From positions 3,286,001 to 3,350,000 of the forward strand of contig JAYWIR010000018.1 of the NCBI GenBank assembly GCA_036172245.1: 64,000 bases of DNA. Direction: 5' to 3'. Numbering within the stretch: position 1 is the stretch's first letter; the number at the start of each line of letters is the position of its first letter. Under the pieces are notes generated by a model that was not told the DNA's origin, did no database searches, and saw only the letters and a program-made list of their open reading frames with translations. The translations under genes and the position numbers were made by a program. Of this stretch, positions 11,650 to 25,439 are shown one piece after another. This stretch comes from Raillietiella orientalis. Lineage: Eukaryota.

Positions 11650-14600
11650 CCTCTCGATTTACTTGTGTAGACCGAGATGCTTGTGAAGACATGCTAATCT
11701 GAAGTATACAGGGACAGATTCTTAGTTGTCAATCATCGCAAGATCTTAATGGAGATCCAAGCCGAAGAGCGTAGGTGTATCGTTTGAAAGTGTTCGCTCA
11801 ACAGTAACTTTCCTTTGAGATGTTGCATTCATCCATGGGAGTGTTGGTCAGCAGTGCACGTGGTGATACATGGATGATGGTTTCGGTATGAGCAGACGAA
11901 AAGTCTGAACCAACGCACACGCCAGGGTGAAGAAAGGCAAAACTAACGGTTCGAATGAAGCTATCCGAAGACCACTGTCTTCTATGTACTGTTCATTGAG
12001 CAAAAGATCTTCTCTTCGGAGGATGTGCTGCCTCCTGATTCTAAAGCATGCGATGTCCTCAGGATGTTGAAAGAACTTGACTTTTCATCAGTTCAACTGG
12101 AACAATAGAAGTATTCAATCCTGCTAACTAAGCCGGCTTCTCGAATTTCAAAATATTATCTGGTGATGCAAGATAATGACGATATTTCGTGTCAGTCTAT
12201 CGGCAGGTGTTCCACTTTCAGATGTTTTCCTGCAAGAGGCGATTGTCACTTTTCGTATTTATCATCATCTTTCGGAGACATAGAAATTCATCTGCTGCTG
12301 ACTGTTCTGGTAGCGGAAGCCATCAAAGCAGTCGGCGGGCAATGTGTGCTGCTACAGATCAGCTCATCACACGCTCGCAGGTAATCGTCATTCTGCGCTG
12401 CGATGAGGTTTCAGGGGTTTCACTCTCCCGATCCAGACCATAGAACTTGATTCTCCTCCTAGAATTAGCATCTGTTCTCAAGGCCCGTAGCCCTCATAAA
12501 AGGAAAGTTGAAACACGGAAAAAAAAGTGAAAAAAAAAAAAAAAAAAAAAAAAACGTGCACATAACAGGACCAAAAAGTAATTTAAATTTATTATTGGCG
12601 GCATAATTCACAGAGTCAGATCATGCATGACGGAGAAATCGTTCAGTGAGCTCAGTCATTTCTGCCGTTAATGCTGGGCGTCAGAATTTTGTATGATGCG
12701 ATGGGATTTCAAATTTGATTTTCTAAAAGGGAGTGTCTGTCTTCGAGAACATCCAACGCGAGTTTCCAGAAGACTGACGTTTCAGAAGATGGTGTGATTG
12801 CAATAGAGACGTTCGTGAAACATTCGTGTTCTCAAAAACAGGCGCGTCTAATTTTCCAGTTAACTTTCCAGACTTTGAGAATTTTCCATTCCATTTTTGT
12901 GATCACAGTGCACTAATGTCGTGCCAAGACACAACCCACACGTTTCTCGGTCTAGGTTTTACCCTGACCGAAGACAAATACTACAACATACGTTCCCAGC
13001 TATTGTTTGTGTAATCGCCTGAGAGAATGATGCATTGAAAGCTTTCTACGTCAGATGGTTCCTTTACCAAAGGTCTATCACTTACAGCCAAGAACAGCCA
13101 AGATCAAACAAAGGAAATTGCAAGATAATGTCAAAGGCTGGAGCACGACATACGAGAAACCACCATTCGAAAAAAGGAAAAAAAAGTGCGTGGAACCTAT
13201 CAGCTGGTTTCGGCTCTGCTCCGATAACATTCACCCAAAGTAGGGGGGAGGAGGGAGGAATGGAGCTTTTCTTCCTCCTGAAAAACACAATCCGCTTCAT
13301 AATGCTGTTATCACAGGATATTCTGAAAATAAGTGCTTGTGGATCCAGGGTCATATGTTGTCATGATAGTCTTCCTGATGGGAATGATGCAGAGGTAATG
13401 AAAGAGTTGAGGACTCAACAGCAATGCACTCTACAGTTTTAATGGAAGGTAGAAATGATTGATTTTTTCTGTGTCCTGCTTCAATTTGCATCTAACACCT
13501 GCCTTGAGCATTGGGATTTCGTTCGAGACGCTGCTTGCTGGCCCCGAATTTCCATCTTTATCTCACCGGACTTTTGTTTCCACTGTTTCCGTTATGCAAA
13601 AGGGAAAGCTAAGCAGTCAAAAAAATGGAATACGCATAAAATGAAAACCCATATGTGTAGGATGCCTTATTCTAGTATGCCTCTTGGAACGAATGATTTC
13701 TCATTTAAGCGCCAGCAGCAGCGAGTATCGGCGCCCGCGGCGCTGGCAGCATCCCGGATGAGAATCCCAATTGCGAATACCTCCGTCTCGTGAGTTTCGC
13801 TCTATCTCTCTACTTTTGCAGGTAGCATGGAAATTTCGGAGGACTCACAGCAGTCACTTCTATGGATTTCCCGTTATCCCCATAGATCTGGGATCTTCCT
13901 TTAAAAAGGTAGCTACTCTCCCAGCATGTACGCCATTCTAGTGTTTGACAGCCATCGAAGCATTGCTCAGAGATGAGCCTTTATGGATTTGCATCCTCAA
14001 AGTAGCTTTCACTTTTCTTGTACAAAAGCAGGAAAAAATTCCGTCCAATAATCCGGAAATGTTTCGAGATAAGCAGGCTGTGTACCTTTCTAAACTGCAT
14101 CATCTTATTAAAATGACAATAGCTATTTATTCTGCGAGAAATAATATTCTGAAATATTATTACAGAATATTTATTTTTAGTTATGGAAAATGTTTATATT
14201 CTATTTATTTCCAAAAACGGAGCCGAGAACTGCATTTATACCGTTCTTAGTTTTTTGTTTAAAAGAAAGAACTGCCAGAATTCCGAATGATGAAAATGGC
14301 AATGATTTGCACGCCAAGAAGAATTTTCTTCGATACATAGAAGATGTGAACTCGCGACCGCCTTGTGTATTTGCTAGTTTTTTTTTTTTGTTGTTGTTGT
14401 TTCAGCTTTGGTTCAAAGCTGTCACATATGTGCAAAGTCACATATGCAACACACGTACAACCTCAAGTCAGGAAGGTGCCACTCAGAGGTTGATCCCATC
14501 GTGTGCAAAAGCAGTTTGGTGTTGACAGAAAAGGTCTGCCATACGTGTGTCACAGATGCAGATATGTCCGCGTTTTGATGATGGTTGCATAGCCATGTGG

Positions 14601-15560
14601 TGCCACTGAGACTCTGCGGATATCCTGAGGTCTTCTGATGCCACTTGAGAAATTTGGACTTCATCATTCGAGTGGCTCATTAAAGGTAATCGATTAGTAT
14701 CAGCTCAGAATCCTGTTGGTAGTAGAGATCATGTTCCATGATCTCTACCACTCACTTATCAACTTGGCAAAGTGTGGTTGAGAATGGTGATGTTGTCCTA
14801 CATCCATGCAGGTGATTCTCGATCTAAGATAGTAGTAGGTTTGGCTGTAGTAGGTTTGGCTTTCTGCTGGCGTGGTGAATTTCGCGAACAGATGTGCTGC
14901 ACAGTTCTCCACAGATAAGAGGGCTTTCTTTTGTTTGCATCTCTTCACAAGCAACTATTCTCTACAAAAAAAAAAATCACATTAAAGAAAAAATGACATG
15001 TTCTCTTCCATGAAGATTCTGGAACTGGCGCACATCTACTGCAGATATCCCGATGGAATGAACAAAAACTCTCAGATGCAAACTTCATTTAAGAAACGAA
15101 CGAGGGAAGCTGCATTTCGTGCAAAGTTCGTTGCTGCCATAACCAACGCAGTTGCTGCTGACAGTACGACAGATCTCTGAGCAATGCTTCGGAATCGCGC
15201 TGCTTGTTTGCAGCATCCGTGGCATTCCTGGAAACACGGAAGATCATTCAGCTTCGCTCATTTATATGTTGCCGGGCCGCACACAGATAAATGCTGCATG
15301 AACAATGGCACACAGGAAGCCCTGGTCAAATGATAAACAAGTTCATGACAGTCGGGATAATTAGCAGAGAGGGTGGCATGGGAAATCGAGGAAATTCTTC
15401 TCGTGCGCAATGAATATGGAAATCCCATGGTACTTCAGTAGTTTTCGCTGCTGTGAAATGGCAGTGATAAAACCAATGCTTAAAGGTTCCAACGTGTACT
15501 GTCGTATGCAGTACCAATGTGCTACTTTCCAGCTGTTTTGGATCCATGGTTCCGTTGTAA
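11650..15560 (-). mobile_element. Heavily decayed RTE-like LINE (APE then RT), interrupted
   Basis: VHVGTF (APE start) at ~15490, SPAWM (cf. K.TW.HP) at ~14810, and HPGVCVG (cf. QGCVL) at ~11920. Weak motif-level matches only. Confidence 0.35.
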
Positions 15561-16299
15561 CCTTATCATATCTAATCATCATGGAAGGGATATGCAAAGA
15601 CAATAGCAATAAGAAGAACTGGTTTACAGAGGTTAAATTGTCGTATTTAAGGTGTTTGAGGTGTCATTTCAAATCTTTTACTGGACGGCTTCTTTCCTTC
15701 TCAAGTCTGGAGTTTGTTTAACCTCCACAGAAATGAAGGCAAGGAATCAGCTTCGACTGCAATGGGATGCGTCTGGGGCTAGCAAATGCATGGAGATGCT
15801 AAAGTGGCACATGGTGACTCTTCAGCAACTAACTTTTATTGCATTTAACACTCTAGAATTTTGTGTCTGGAGTTTTCTTCTCAAAAAAACTCTCCTGTTT
15901 ATTTTTTCCTTTTAGAATTGGGAGGTGAATAGCTATGTGTTGTATGGAATCTTGCGTTGATTCCTATCTGGTCCAAATGAGGTGTAATTAAATATGATTT
16001 TAGCTTTACTTTCTGAAACCCAAAATCAATATTTTACGCGAGAGCTGTTGTGTTACTGATGGCAATACTACTCTTTCGAAAGAACTCGGATGTTGCCGTT
16101 GCCCATGTGACACATTGACCGCAATCTCCTGATTCATTCTTCAGCTGCCAATTGTATCGGATCTCAAGATCATTCCCCCATGCTCGATTCTAAGCTATCA
16201 AGCAAAGCCAATCAATTTCTCAATACCACACATCGTTGAAGTAGCTTTCTGCTATTAATCTTGGAGTGCCTCAGACGCGTTGCCAAAAATTGGCAGCTC

Positions 16300-18440
16300 A
16301 CTGTGAGTGGAAGGTGTTTTTTGATAGTCTGAAATGTTCCTCTAGAGAAATAAATGCTTTTCTGTGCAACATTGATTTCGTCGATAGCCATAAGGACACT
16401 GCTCGCTGATTCCAGATGCACTTCCGCGCAGTTGACCAGCTTGTGCTTCTGGATGATCATCAGCAATTATTCCAGAATTCCTTGTCTGGAATAATCGCGT
16501 TGTCAGTCCTTTGATTTCTACATTCTTTTCCCTTCTCACTCTTCCCAAGTAGATCTGTTCTGTCCCTGTATTTCTATTCCATGTTGCACTCATGGATGGG
16601 TTCCTTTTCTTGGGTCGTGCTTGACTGAATGCTGTGTCTGTGCTTCTTTTTTCACAGTGCTCCCTCCAAGTGGGTTTGTAATTGTTCTCCGGTGATGAAA
16701 TTGCACCTTTCGAACACGGCATTATTCTTGGTGCTTTGATTTACAAAAAAAGAAGAGTACAATAAGAGGATCGCCAAAAGCGATTTTGTACGGAAATCAA
16801 AATGAACTGGTGGAAGAGACTCCTTGCAGCGTCAGTGGTACGCTATTCGTTCCATTTGCGTTGCCATTCGGCGGCACTGTGGCCAACGAGCGACTGATCT
16901 TTTCTTTGGAGTTCTGCTGAGTTGAGCTGGTCCTTCATCGAGAGCACCACCAAGTCGACGAGCTCAGTTGGTGTCTCTGCTGTGATGCGTTTGATCACAC
17001 CATGAGCAGCTTCGTTTTGTTGGAGTAGAGCAAACGAACACGAACTTCTGAAGCACCTCACCGTTTCTAGGTTCCCAGCATCCCAGGATTCCGAATTCCA
17101 GTTTCCCTTTTGCAGATTTTCTGCATCGTGTCCCAAAAAAAAGAAGGAGGAAGCCGACTCTTCCTGCTGAACACGCCTACCTGTTTACAAGATGGAAGTA
17201 AGCGTCCCGAATAATCCCTGACTGTCCTTTTTCATGACCGTGCTGGTCATAGCGAAGTCAGGAAGTGACCAGTTGCGAGAATTCAACTTCCACCACTCGG
17301 CCGTGGATTCTCGGATTTGCTTCGCCCGTGGCTGTCCGTATAAAGAGTGCCGTATGCAGGGATTTATTATGTGCGGTAACGCATACAAATACTTCTGACT
17401 GCATGAGCGCCAGAGAAGCAGAAGCACAAATTCCCCATTCCCCTTCGTTCTGTTGCTTGGACCCTCTTCCCTTTGCTTCCCTGCTTGAGGATTATGGATA
17501 AGATTTTCTCACAGAAAATCCAATGGTGGCGAGTTTGAAATCAGTTATCAGCAAAAGATCAATTAGAATGGGGTCAGAGTCTGTGTAAGTGAAGGAAAAA
17601 TGGTTGGTGGATGGACATTATGGTAAATCTAGAGGGAAGTTAGGGGTTGTGAAGATGTGTTCTCGGATGAAGAACATAGCTGTCTCAAGAATCACTGTTG
17701 GGACAGAGGGGATAAAGTAGCCTTTCCCACTCTGTTCGTATGTATTATGGAGTCTGACACATGATGTTGCACAGAAAGATCCTTGAGCAAGGAGACGTGG
17801 TATCTGACTTATGGCTCCGATAATTCTCAGATTTTTGAGAATTCAGCACTCTCAATTCATTAAAGAAAAACTCCTCAATCTCGGTCTATTTATTTCCTTT
17901 ATGCCTTCTTGACTGACCGAAGAAAAAATAATTTGGCATTTCTGCTTTATCATTTACCTCATCGGTACCTCAGTGAGGAGCAGCACGAACGGCATCTGAC
18001 TCCAGACTACCAGAATTCTGATTCTTGTCGGTGATGCTGGACCCTTGAAACTCCAACTCAATCAATTGATTGAGTTCAATTTCAACCACGAGCATGGAGT
18101 CTGCAGAAATTTCCTATGGATCGTGCTAGTGAGAAATTCTTTTTATCCAGCTCAAAAGCCGGTGATACAGCGAATATTAATTATATGATTGATAATTTTC
18201 CACCATCGTGCCGAGATTCATGCTAAAACTGATATTTCTTCAGGTTTTGAACCTCTTTGATCAGTCCCCAAAAATAATTTGAGTAATTTCTGAATCGTGG
18301 CGGCATCCTCCTTGACGATTGTTTATGTTTGACATCATGAAATGGGATTATCAAGCTGCGAGCATTGCAAATGATGCAATAGATATGCATATCTATTGCA
18401 TCGTTTCTCTTGAAAGGCTGGTGACAGCTTATTAACAAAT
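16300..18440 (-). mobile_element. Decayed Jockey/I-like LINE (APE, RT, RNase H-like remnants)
   Basis: CNARSL (APE), AQGS, PTIF..YTD...FADN (RT) and NEAA...WQRKW, in the expected order. Confidence 0.45.
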
Positions 18441-19599
18441 CATCTGTTAATAATAGGCTGCCGTTTCAAGTTTAGAGAGACCCCGTTCAAATGATGTCAT
18501 TATTCCTATTTGTCAGGACAGGGGTGCAATTCTGAATCCATTCATCATTCGCAGAACCGGAAGCAGATGATTTACTGTTATCCTCTGGGGAATGAGGAGC
18601 GTAACCCAGTTGGACTATTGGCAGGATCTTCCTTGGAGGATCTATTGGTTGTCAGTGGGAGGTAGATGATCATTACTGATCGGGACTCCTAGTTTGTCAT
18701 TAAGAACGGAACAATAAACAGTTTGTTGCTCAACTCTCATCCTCTTCAGTTTCCATGTTTCTAATCGAAATGTAACCATGGGGAGTTCATTGGATCAAGG
18801 AGGGGGCTCTGTTTTGGAACTACTGGTTGCCAAAGAAAGCTGAGCTAATGATCCAGTCCACATTCTCCTGAGATCAGCATCTTTACTCGTTCATGATTGG
18901 TGTTTCCAGTTTTCAATGATGTCGCCGACCGAGTGCTTCTTTGGGTGCATCTTCGTGCTTTTCCAGTTTCTTCCCAGAGCCGTTCAAATGGAAGCTGCGC
19001 TTCAGCGCAATCCTTGCTTAACCAAGCAAGGAAGGGCATCATTTCAGCATTCCTCACAGAAGTTGTGCTTTTGCGGCATCGTCTTCCCTTCAAAGCAGGG
19101 AATGAAAGTGGTCCGGAGTGTTTCGAGGACTTCACGAAAAAACGCACAAAAAATCTCTCCATCGTGGCTGCAATTCATGAACTCTGGCCAGACTTTGCAT
19201 CTTCGGAGAGGAAAGAGGAGGTTCGACGTCAAAAGCAAAGACCTTTCTTTGGATAGAATGGAGTTCTACCCGAGAATAACAGCAAACAAAGCAGGCGGGA
19301 CGGTGCTTCACTATGGATTCCATCGACGGAGGCGAAACAGACGCAGTGTCCATGTCTGAAGTGAAGCTGATGTGTAGATCACAAGATTACCGAAGAAGCA
19401 GGTGTCCCAACCACTGGACCACATGAAACCTGTTACCGGAGAGAAATTAGGGTGAGAATTCTTCTGAGACAGATCATTCTCTCTGGAAAAAGGATGCATT
19501 CCGAGTTCACTGGAACTTCATTAGACCACCGTGGCTATGCTTGCCCTTCGAGGAACTGAGCCCGCGTTCCATGAGCCCCATGTGACGAGTTAAATGCTG

Positions 19600-21760
19600 T
19601 TACAGGAGTCAAAGTGATTTTTGAGCACTTGGATCTGTAACAGAGGGATGGAGCAAACGCGGGCTGCTCTCCAGGAAGCGCCCTTTCGGAGGCACTTGTC
19701 TTCGAGTTTCTGAACAGCACTCACTGTCAAAGTACTGGCGACTTCTCAGAATCGAAGCCCTTCCAAATTAAACTGCATTCCCTTTTGGTGTTTTGGAGCA
19801 AAGCAGCTGGAAAATCCCCTCCACAGATTTGCAGAAGTGATGCACACGACCCACACTAATGGCAATCGTGAGCATCGGTTGTGTCCCAGTAGACAGTCTT
19901 CGACACTCCTACAGCTTCCTCCGTGGAAAAGGGTGCAGCCGACTCCTTCTTTTTGAGAAATGTCAGCATTCGTCAACGGAGAGCGTCTGGTTCTGGGATT
20001 TTCACACGGTAAGAACCTGTCATGAAAAGATCGATGTGTATGTTTTGCCGGCGATGACTTTGTGCTACGTGGGGTATTGTTCCACGCACAACCTAAATCG
20101 ACGCGTTCGAAGTTTTGCTTATCTCTAAGAGGCATTGACTGTTCGGTTTATCTCATCTAAGAAGTGACAGGAAAAATGGGAGCTCGTGACTTCAAACCAA
20201 ACCAACCTTGGGAGACGAATCAAAGTCTTCCAGGATCGGATGCTCCGGAACGCGACGAGTGCTGACATTTCTCAAAAAGGAGTCGGCTGCACCCTTTTCC
20301 ATGGAGCATGCTCTTGTAAAAGTGTGGAATAATCAAACTCGATGTTACCTCCCTGTAGGAGAACTCTGCAGGAGCATTGCTCGGTAAAGCACGATAAAGA
20401 AAGGAGATTAAACACAGGGGAACCACCTCTCATTTTCCCCATCAGAGGAGTTCTGGTTTCTTCAATAAGAGCATTAGTGGTGGAATACCCGAAGGAAGAA
20501 AAGGCACTCAAAGAACTCAAGATTCCATCAAAAAGAATGAAAAACTGAAACACATGGAGTAAATCAGCATTTAGTATAACCTGGATGGAGACATTCCTAG
20601 TCACCAATCGGTATGAACTGTCAGCGAGCCTTTGCTATCAGTGACGAGAGAGAGAAATGGTAGGAAATCCCGGTGAACATGTTCCAGAACTGAATAAAAT
20701 CCACCTACAGGACGATTTTCCTAGGAAAACACAAAAGTGAGACAATCCAATGCAAGAAGAGTGCCGCAACTCCTCCCTGTTTCTTACGCTGCTCCCTGTT
20801 GAGAAAACTCTTGTTTCAAATGGAGGAGCAGCTCCTTCAGGGTCTCTCAGATCTCCAAGTTGCCTCGTGCTCACGAGATGCAGAAGCGCACGTGGATCAG
20901 GGACTGAGGGGAGAGAGGTTTCCGGATATGCCATCAGGGAGAAACGGAATGAGGCGCGAGAAAACGCCTAGATCTGTCTGTGTTCGGACGGAGCGTGAAA
21001 TCCGCGAGGAGCCAATGCAGCACATTACCGGAATCCGATTGGCCCCTGAGGGATAACCGGTCAGGTCCTCAATTTTTTTCATGCAGCTTCTTTTTTCGAG
21101 GAAAAGGCAATTCTCCACCATCAGATTGCATTCGACCATTTTCATCTGTTTCCTATGGAGACTGATGGGAGTTCGAGTAGACGGGAAAGCAAACATCTTT
21201 CCGCCAAAAGTTTTACTTGTGGGTCCATAGACGAGACGGAGGAGGAAATCATTCTCCAGCAGTTGCAGTTAAGCGTAGTGATGGAAACGGTCCTGTTTGA
21301 TCTGCATGATGCATTCGAGGACCTTAATCAATAGCTGCAGCGAACAAAGGGGACCTCGAACCCTTAATGCCGCTGAATGATAAAGATGGATGGAAGCAAG
21401 GGAAGCTGGAAGGTCATTCGTTCCGCCGTTTCCATCATCTAAATGAAAGGAGGGATGCCGGGAGCGCCATCATCGCTTGAGATGATCTTCTTCATCACCG
21501 TTGACTGCTGTAGGTGCTGGGGACGGGATTGTGCTGAGAGGGGTGGACACTGATTCTGGATGGAGCAGGCGCAGAATTTCACTTCGAGAGGGAGCTGCTC
21601 CTGATATTTTGGTAGCATAGGGAGACTCGAGAGGCCGATAAAATGCACCCGTTGCTCCGCCTTGAGTCAGTGGGGCTGTCGAGGTGAAATGCTGTCGAGC
21701 TGCCCTCATTCGAAGTATCCAGGAAGAGGAGAAGCCACATACTGCGTGCGACTGCGCTGC
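19600..21760. mobile_element. Rearranged RLE-type non-LTR relic containing an inverted duplication
   Basis: DGAPGIP (cf. APGPDG) on minus at ~21460, and SQKGVGCTLF (cf. R2-type QG.G..F) present in both orientations. Confidence 0.35.
19921..20304. repeat. ~52-bp inverted repeat (19921-19974 / 20254-20304) with ~280-bp spacer
   Basis: ccgtggaaaagggtgcagccgactccttctttttgagaaatgtcagcattcgtc versus gacgagtgctgacatttctcaaaaaggagtcggctgcacccttttccatgg (2 mismatches, 3-nt indel). Confidence 0.9.
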
Positions 21761-22869
21761 GCATCATCCCACTCCCTATATTCCAGTGACGACCTATGGC
21801 TATCAGATTAAAAATCGGCCCGACTAAACTTTCTAATCACAAGAAGAGTGACTAGACAAAAATCAAACATGCTGCAGATGTATGGCACGGTGCGAAATTG
21901 TCGTACACCCTGATCCATGGCCAGCGGCATTCTGGTCCATTCATGCAGTGGACGATGCGACTGTCAACCGCCCGATCTCCTGCCCCTAAGACGGGATCAA
22001 GCCATCATTATGCACGTCAGATGTCCCTCCCAGAACATCTTGCAGGCACTCAGGCTAGCATGGGAGAGTAAGGAGAGTGAACATCGCAATATTGCTCTTC
22101 GCATCTCTTCCAAGGGGATGCCAATACGTAGTCCTCGCGAGATCACTCAGAACGTCAGTCCCAGCTCACAGTCACAATTTCAACGTCTGGATATTTGTGC
22201 TCTCGATTGTAGTCTAATCAACTCACACATCAGGATATGCACACATCAGATACAGTAGCAGCATTCTCTGGACGCATGTCCTGGTCGACCCGAAAATCAG
22301 CTGGAAATTCGAAAGGGAGATCCGCTCAACACACACAGAGGATCCTCGCAACGTGACCTTAGCGTCGAGTGATTCTGGTGCGTCGGCCTCGAGGCCTGAC
22401 GCAGAGCCTTCGCGCTCTGCCTCAGAGGGCTCTTCGGGGCTCAGAGGCATGACGCTCATCTCAACATTCGAGACAGAGAGCCGGAGTTGCATCCCAGAAA
22501 TCGGACATCAAACTTGTGGAACTAGGTTTGAGCCTCGCAGCGATTCCTTGAATGAGACATTCCTTTTAATTTTGCTGGTTGCTGGTTCGGCTGTGTAAAT
22601 GTAGAAGTGAGGTTGAACTTCGATGACAAGAGACCGGCTGGTGTAGAATTAGAAAGGGAAACCACAGATAAAAGAGTGAAGGTTTTTGAATCACAGGTGA
22701 AAGGGTGGAGTCTAAGCACTTTTTCCTCACGTATTTCCAAACATTCTTAAAATCATTACTGATTTATGCGGACTGGCATGGCGGAATGAGATCACATTCT
22801 GAGATGTATTTGGATCAATAGGAATTATATACATAAACCAATAAGTAGGAAGGTCAATTCCTACCGAAT

Positions 22870-24030
22870 CTATGCTTGAAGGGCTTCAGTCCAAAGTGCA
22901 ATCCTGCCTACGTATGGAGGACTTGGGAAGAGCGAAGGAGAGAAAACAATGAAAAAAAGAAGGTTAGAGGAAGGGAAGAAGGATTGTCGTACCCCTTCCC
23001 ACCTTTTTGGAGCTGGAGCACACGATAAGAGCGATTCCTTTCCTGGCTTTCCATGAGGCAGGTGTGCCCGTTTCCGTGCCCCTCGCACCCAGAAAGCTTT
23101 ACTGACTTCAGGGTTGCTTGAAGATGCTGACGTGACGCCTCCGAGGGCATCGCTGGATGTGACATGGACGCAGCTACTTCGGGAGGAAGAATCTTCTCCG
23201 TGAACCTCTTCTCTTGTTAAGGAAGAGCGAAAGAGCTCGTTCTGGACGAATTCTCCCGAAGCAACTGACTCTACAGCCCAGCAGAAGGCAGGAGAATTCC
23301 TCCGATGGGCACTATGAGTCGCGGCTCGATAAGATGAAAGCCTTTCGTTGATCGTTGTCATACTGCCACGTAGGCTCTTTCTGCACAGGGATGTCCCAGT
23401 GCGCAGAGAGAGCGCCGTCTCGTTTACCACCTGACGACAGTCAATGAACAGTGGGGGAAGAATAGCCGTATCTGTTACTTCGCTTGAGAATTTCAAATCT
23501 CCGTATTGGTTAACTAACTTGGCTGGCCTTTGGGACTCACTCAGGAGTCTTCGCTCAGCACTTTTGTGCTGAGGAAGCAAGTGGTCTCCCACCCTTTGGT
23601 AGGCAGCCCCCTGGAATCGCCGGAGAGTACCAGAGGAACATCCGAAGGAAAGATTGGGAAAGAGGACAAAAGAAAGAGATGCAATTTAAGTCTCTCTTAA
23701 AGAGCACCAATTGACCTTGAGAACATCCACAAGCTATCATTCGTAGGTCCGCAATCGCGAATAAAGTGAAACTCAGTGAAGATAGGTCGAAGTGCCTTCT
23801 TTTCGTCTTTGGGTTTGACAGGGATTCCATCACTTTTTGAAGCGAGAACATTCGAAAAGATGATGCATTCCAGCTTCCCGAATCATTCTTTTTGGTTCCC
23901 ACATTCCCTTATACTTCCCCACACATGCCTCAAATAATCCTCTTCTTTGATAAGCCGCATCACGAGTTTTACAGATCGGTCTGGAGCGGAGAGAGGCGAA
24001 TCCGCCTAAGCAACAGCGGACCATCGCCGC
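22870..24030 (-). mobile_element. Degenerate L1/Tx1-like ORF2 (post-RT region)
   Basis: SQGQLVLFKRDL (cf. LS..GR..L.KS), FLRMFLWY...LPKGG (cf. FLW...P...GGLG) and NSPAFCWAV. Confidence 0.5.
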
Positions 24031-25439
24031 AGCATATTGGAGATGGAGAACGCAGTCAGGTGATCGAGCACTCTAAGAGCAAGAGATAGGTGCAGGGCTG
24101 TAAAGCGAAGGCAAGCAGAAGATCATCCCGAAGCAGAAGAACAAAATGGTCTCCTGGAAGAGGTCCATGTGAACAGAAAGCAGGAGAGTCTCGTGCCATT
24201 CCTGGAAAGTGCATGTCGTGACCGCAGCAGCGTCAAATCCCTAGTTTTTCGTTACTAAAGCTGCCTCGTAGACGAAGGAGATGTCAGCCTACATGCGACG
24301 AGGGCCTCCCAAGGAGCGCCTCCTCTTCAAAGAAAGAGAGAGAAACGCAATACCTTCTCCCAGCAGCTATCGGTACCAGCAGATTAGGACGAGGCATGAT
24401 GATTCGCAAAGCATCGACAGAGATGATTTGCGCTCATGGTGATAAAAAAGCTCATTTTCAAGGAGCATCTCTGAAAAAAGGTCCACTGGTCTCCCTCTCT
24501 CGAAACGCGACGCTCGTTTGGATGCGACAGTCTTCCCTACATCTTATAATTCCAGAGGGAGAGAGATATCATCGGCCCTCGTGTTCCTTACCTAGGAAGA
24601 CTCCTTTTCTAAAAGAGTTGGAGATTGAATCTTCTCAGCCTCCTCTCTCTACATGATCCTGGAACATTAATCTCCCTTTATTAACTAATGATGGAGTTTC
24701 GAGTAGCCCTGGAACTTTTGCTTCTCGATGGTCCAAGTTCCCGGAGAGGCATCGAAATCCTTCTCTTCCCATCCGTGCAGGCTCTCGTCGCAACGCTTCG
24801 GTGGGTCTCTTTCTCCTGATTCCCGGATACATTACATGAAATTCTGCTTCGGACTGGAAGCGTTGCCAATCACTCTTACTGGCGAGCAGAATACCCAGAC
24901 GCATATGCATCACGCCTCTCTAAACGTCAAGCTAAAGGTCATGGGCGCACTCGTCGTTCGCTATGCGCTCACGCATCCCTGGCTGTCGCTCGTATGTTCC
25001 GTCAGCAGGGGACGCTGAGAGATATTGAGAGTCTAGCTGCTTCCACTGTTCCGTCCAACGATCTTAGTCGAAGGCATCCGTCAGCCCCACGCCAGCATCA
25101 ACCATTATGGAGCATGCTGTGTGATCGACTCAACAACTCCTAGATCTCACCGATGCAGCTGTTAGAATCGTTGGTCCGAATGCGGATGCAGCTGATAGAA
25201 TCGAATGCGATGGTCCGTCGAGGTGAGAGATTCGTCGGATGGTTCGATGTCAAAATCCAAACTCTCGGTTGCCGCCGGGCGTTGTCGTCTTTAGGCCATC
25301 TCTAGTAATCTCTAAGGCGTTTCTCTAGTAACCTTGCCTGAGTTTGAAGATTGGTGGTCACTTTTGGTCTTCCGGCAGTATGATTATTTAGGTCCGTACC
25401 TAGTCGTTAGGAAGGAGTCCTAGTCCTAGTCCTGATTAT

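Noticed and set aside
25150..25435. Short tandem duplications (gatgcagctg.tagaatcg x2; agtcct x3)
   Set aside because: Ordinary slippage-type repeats with no further structure.
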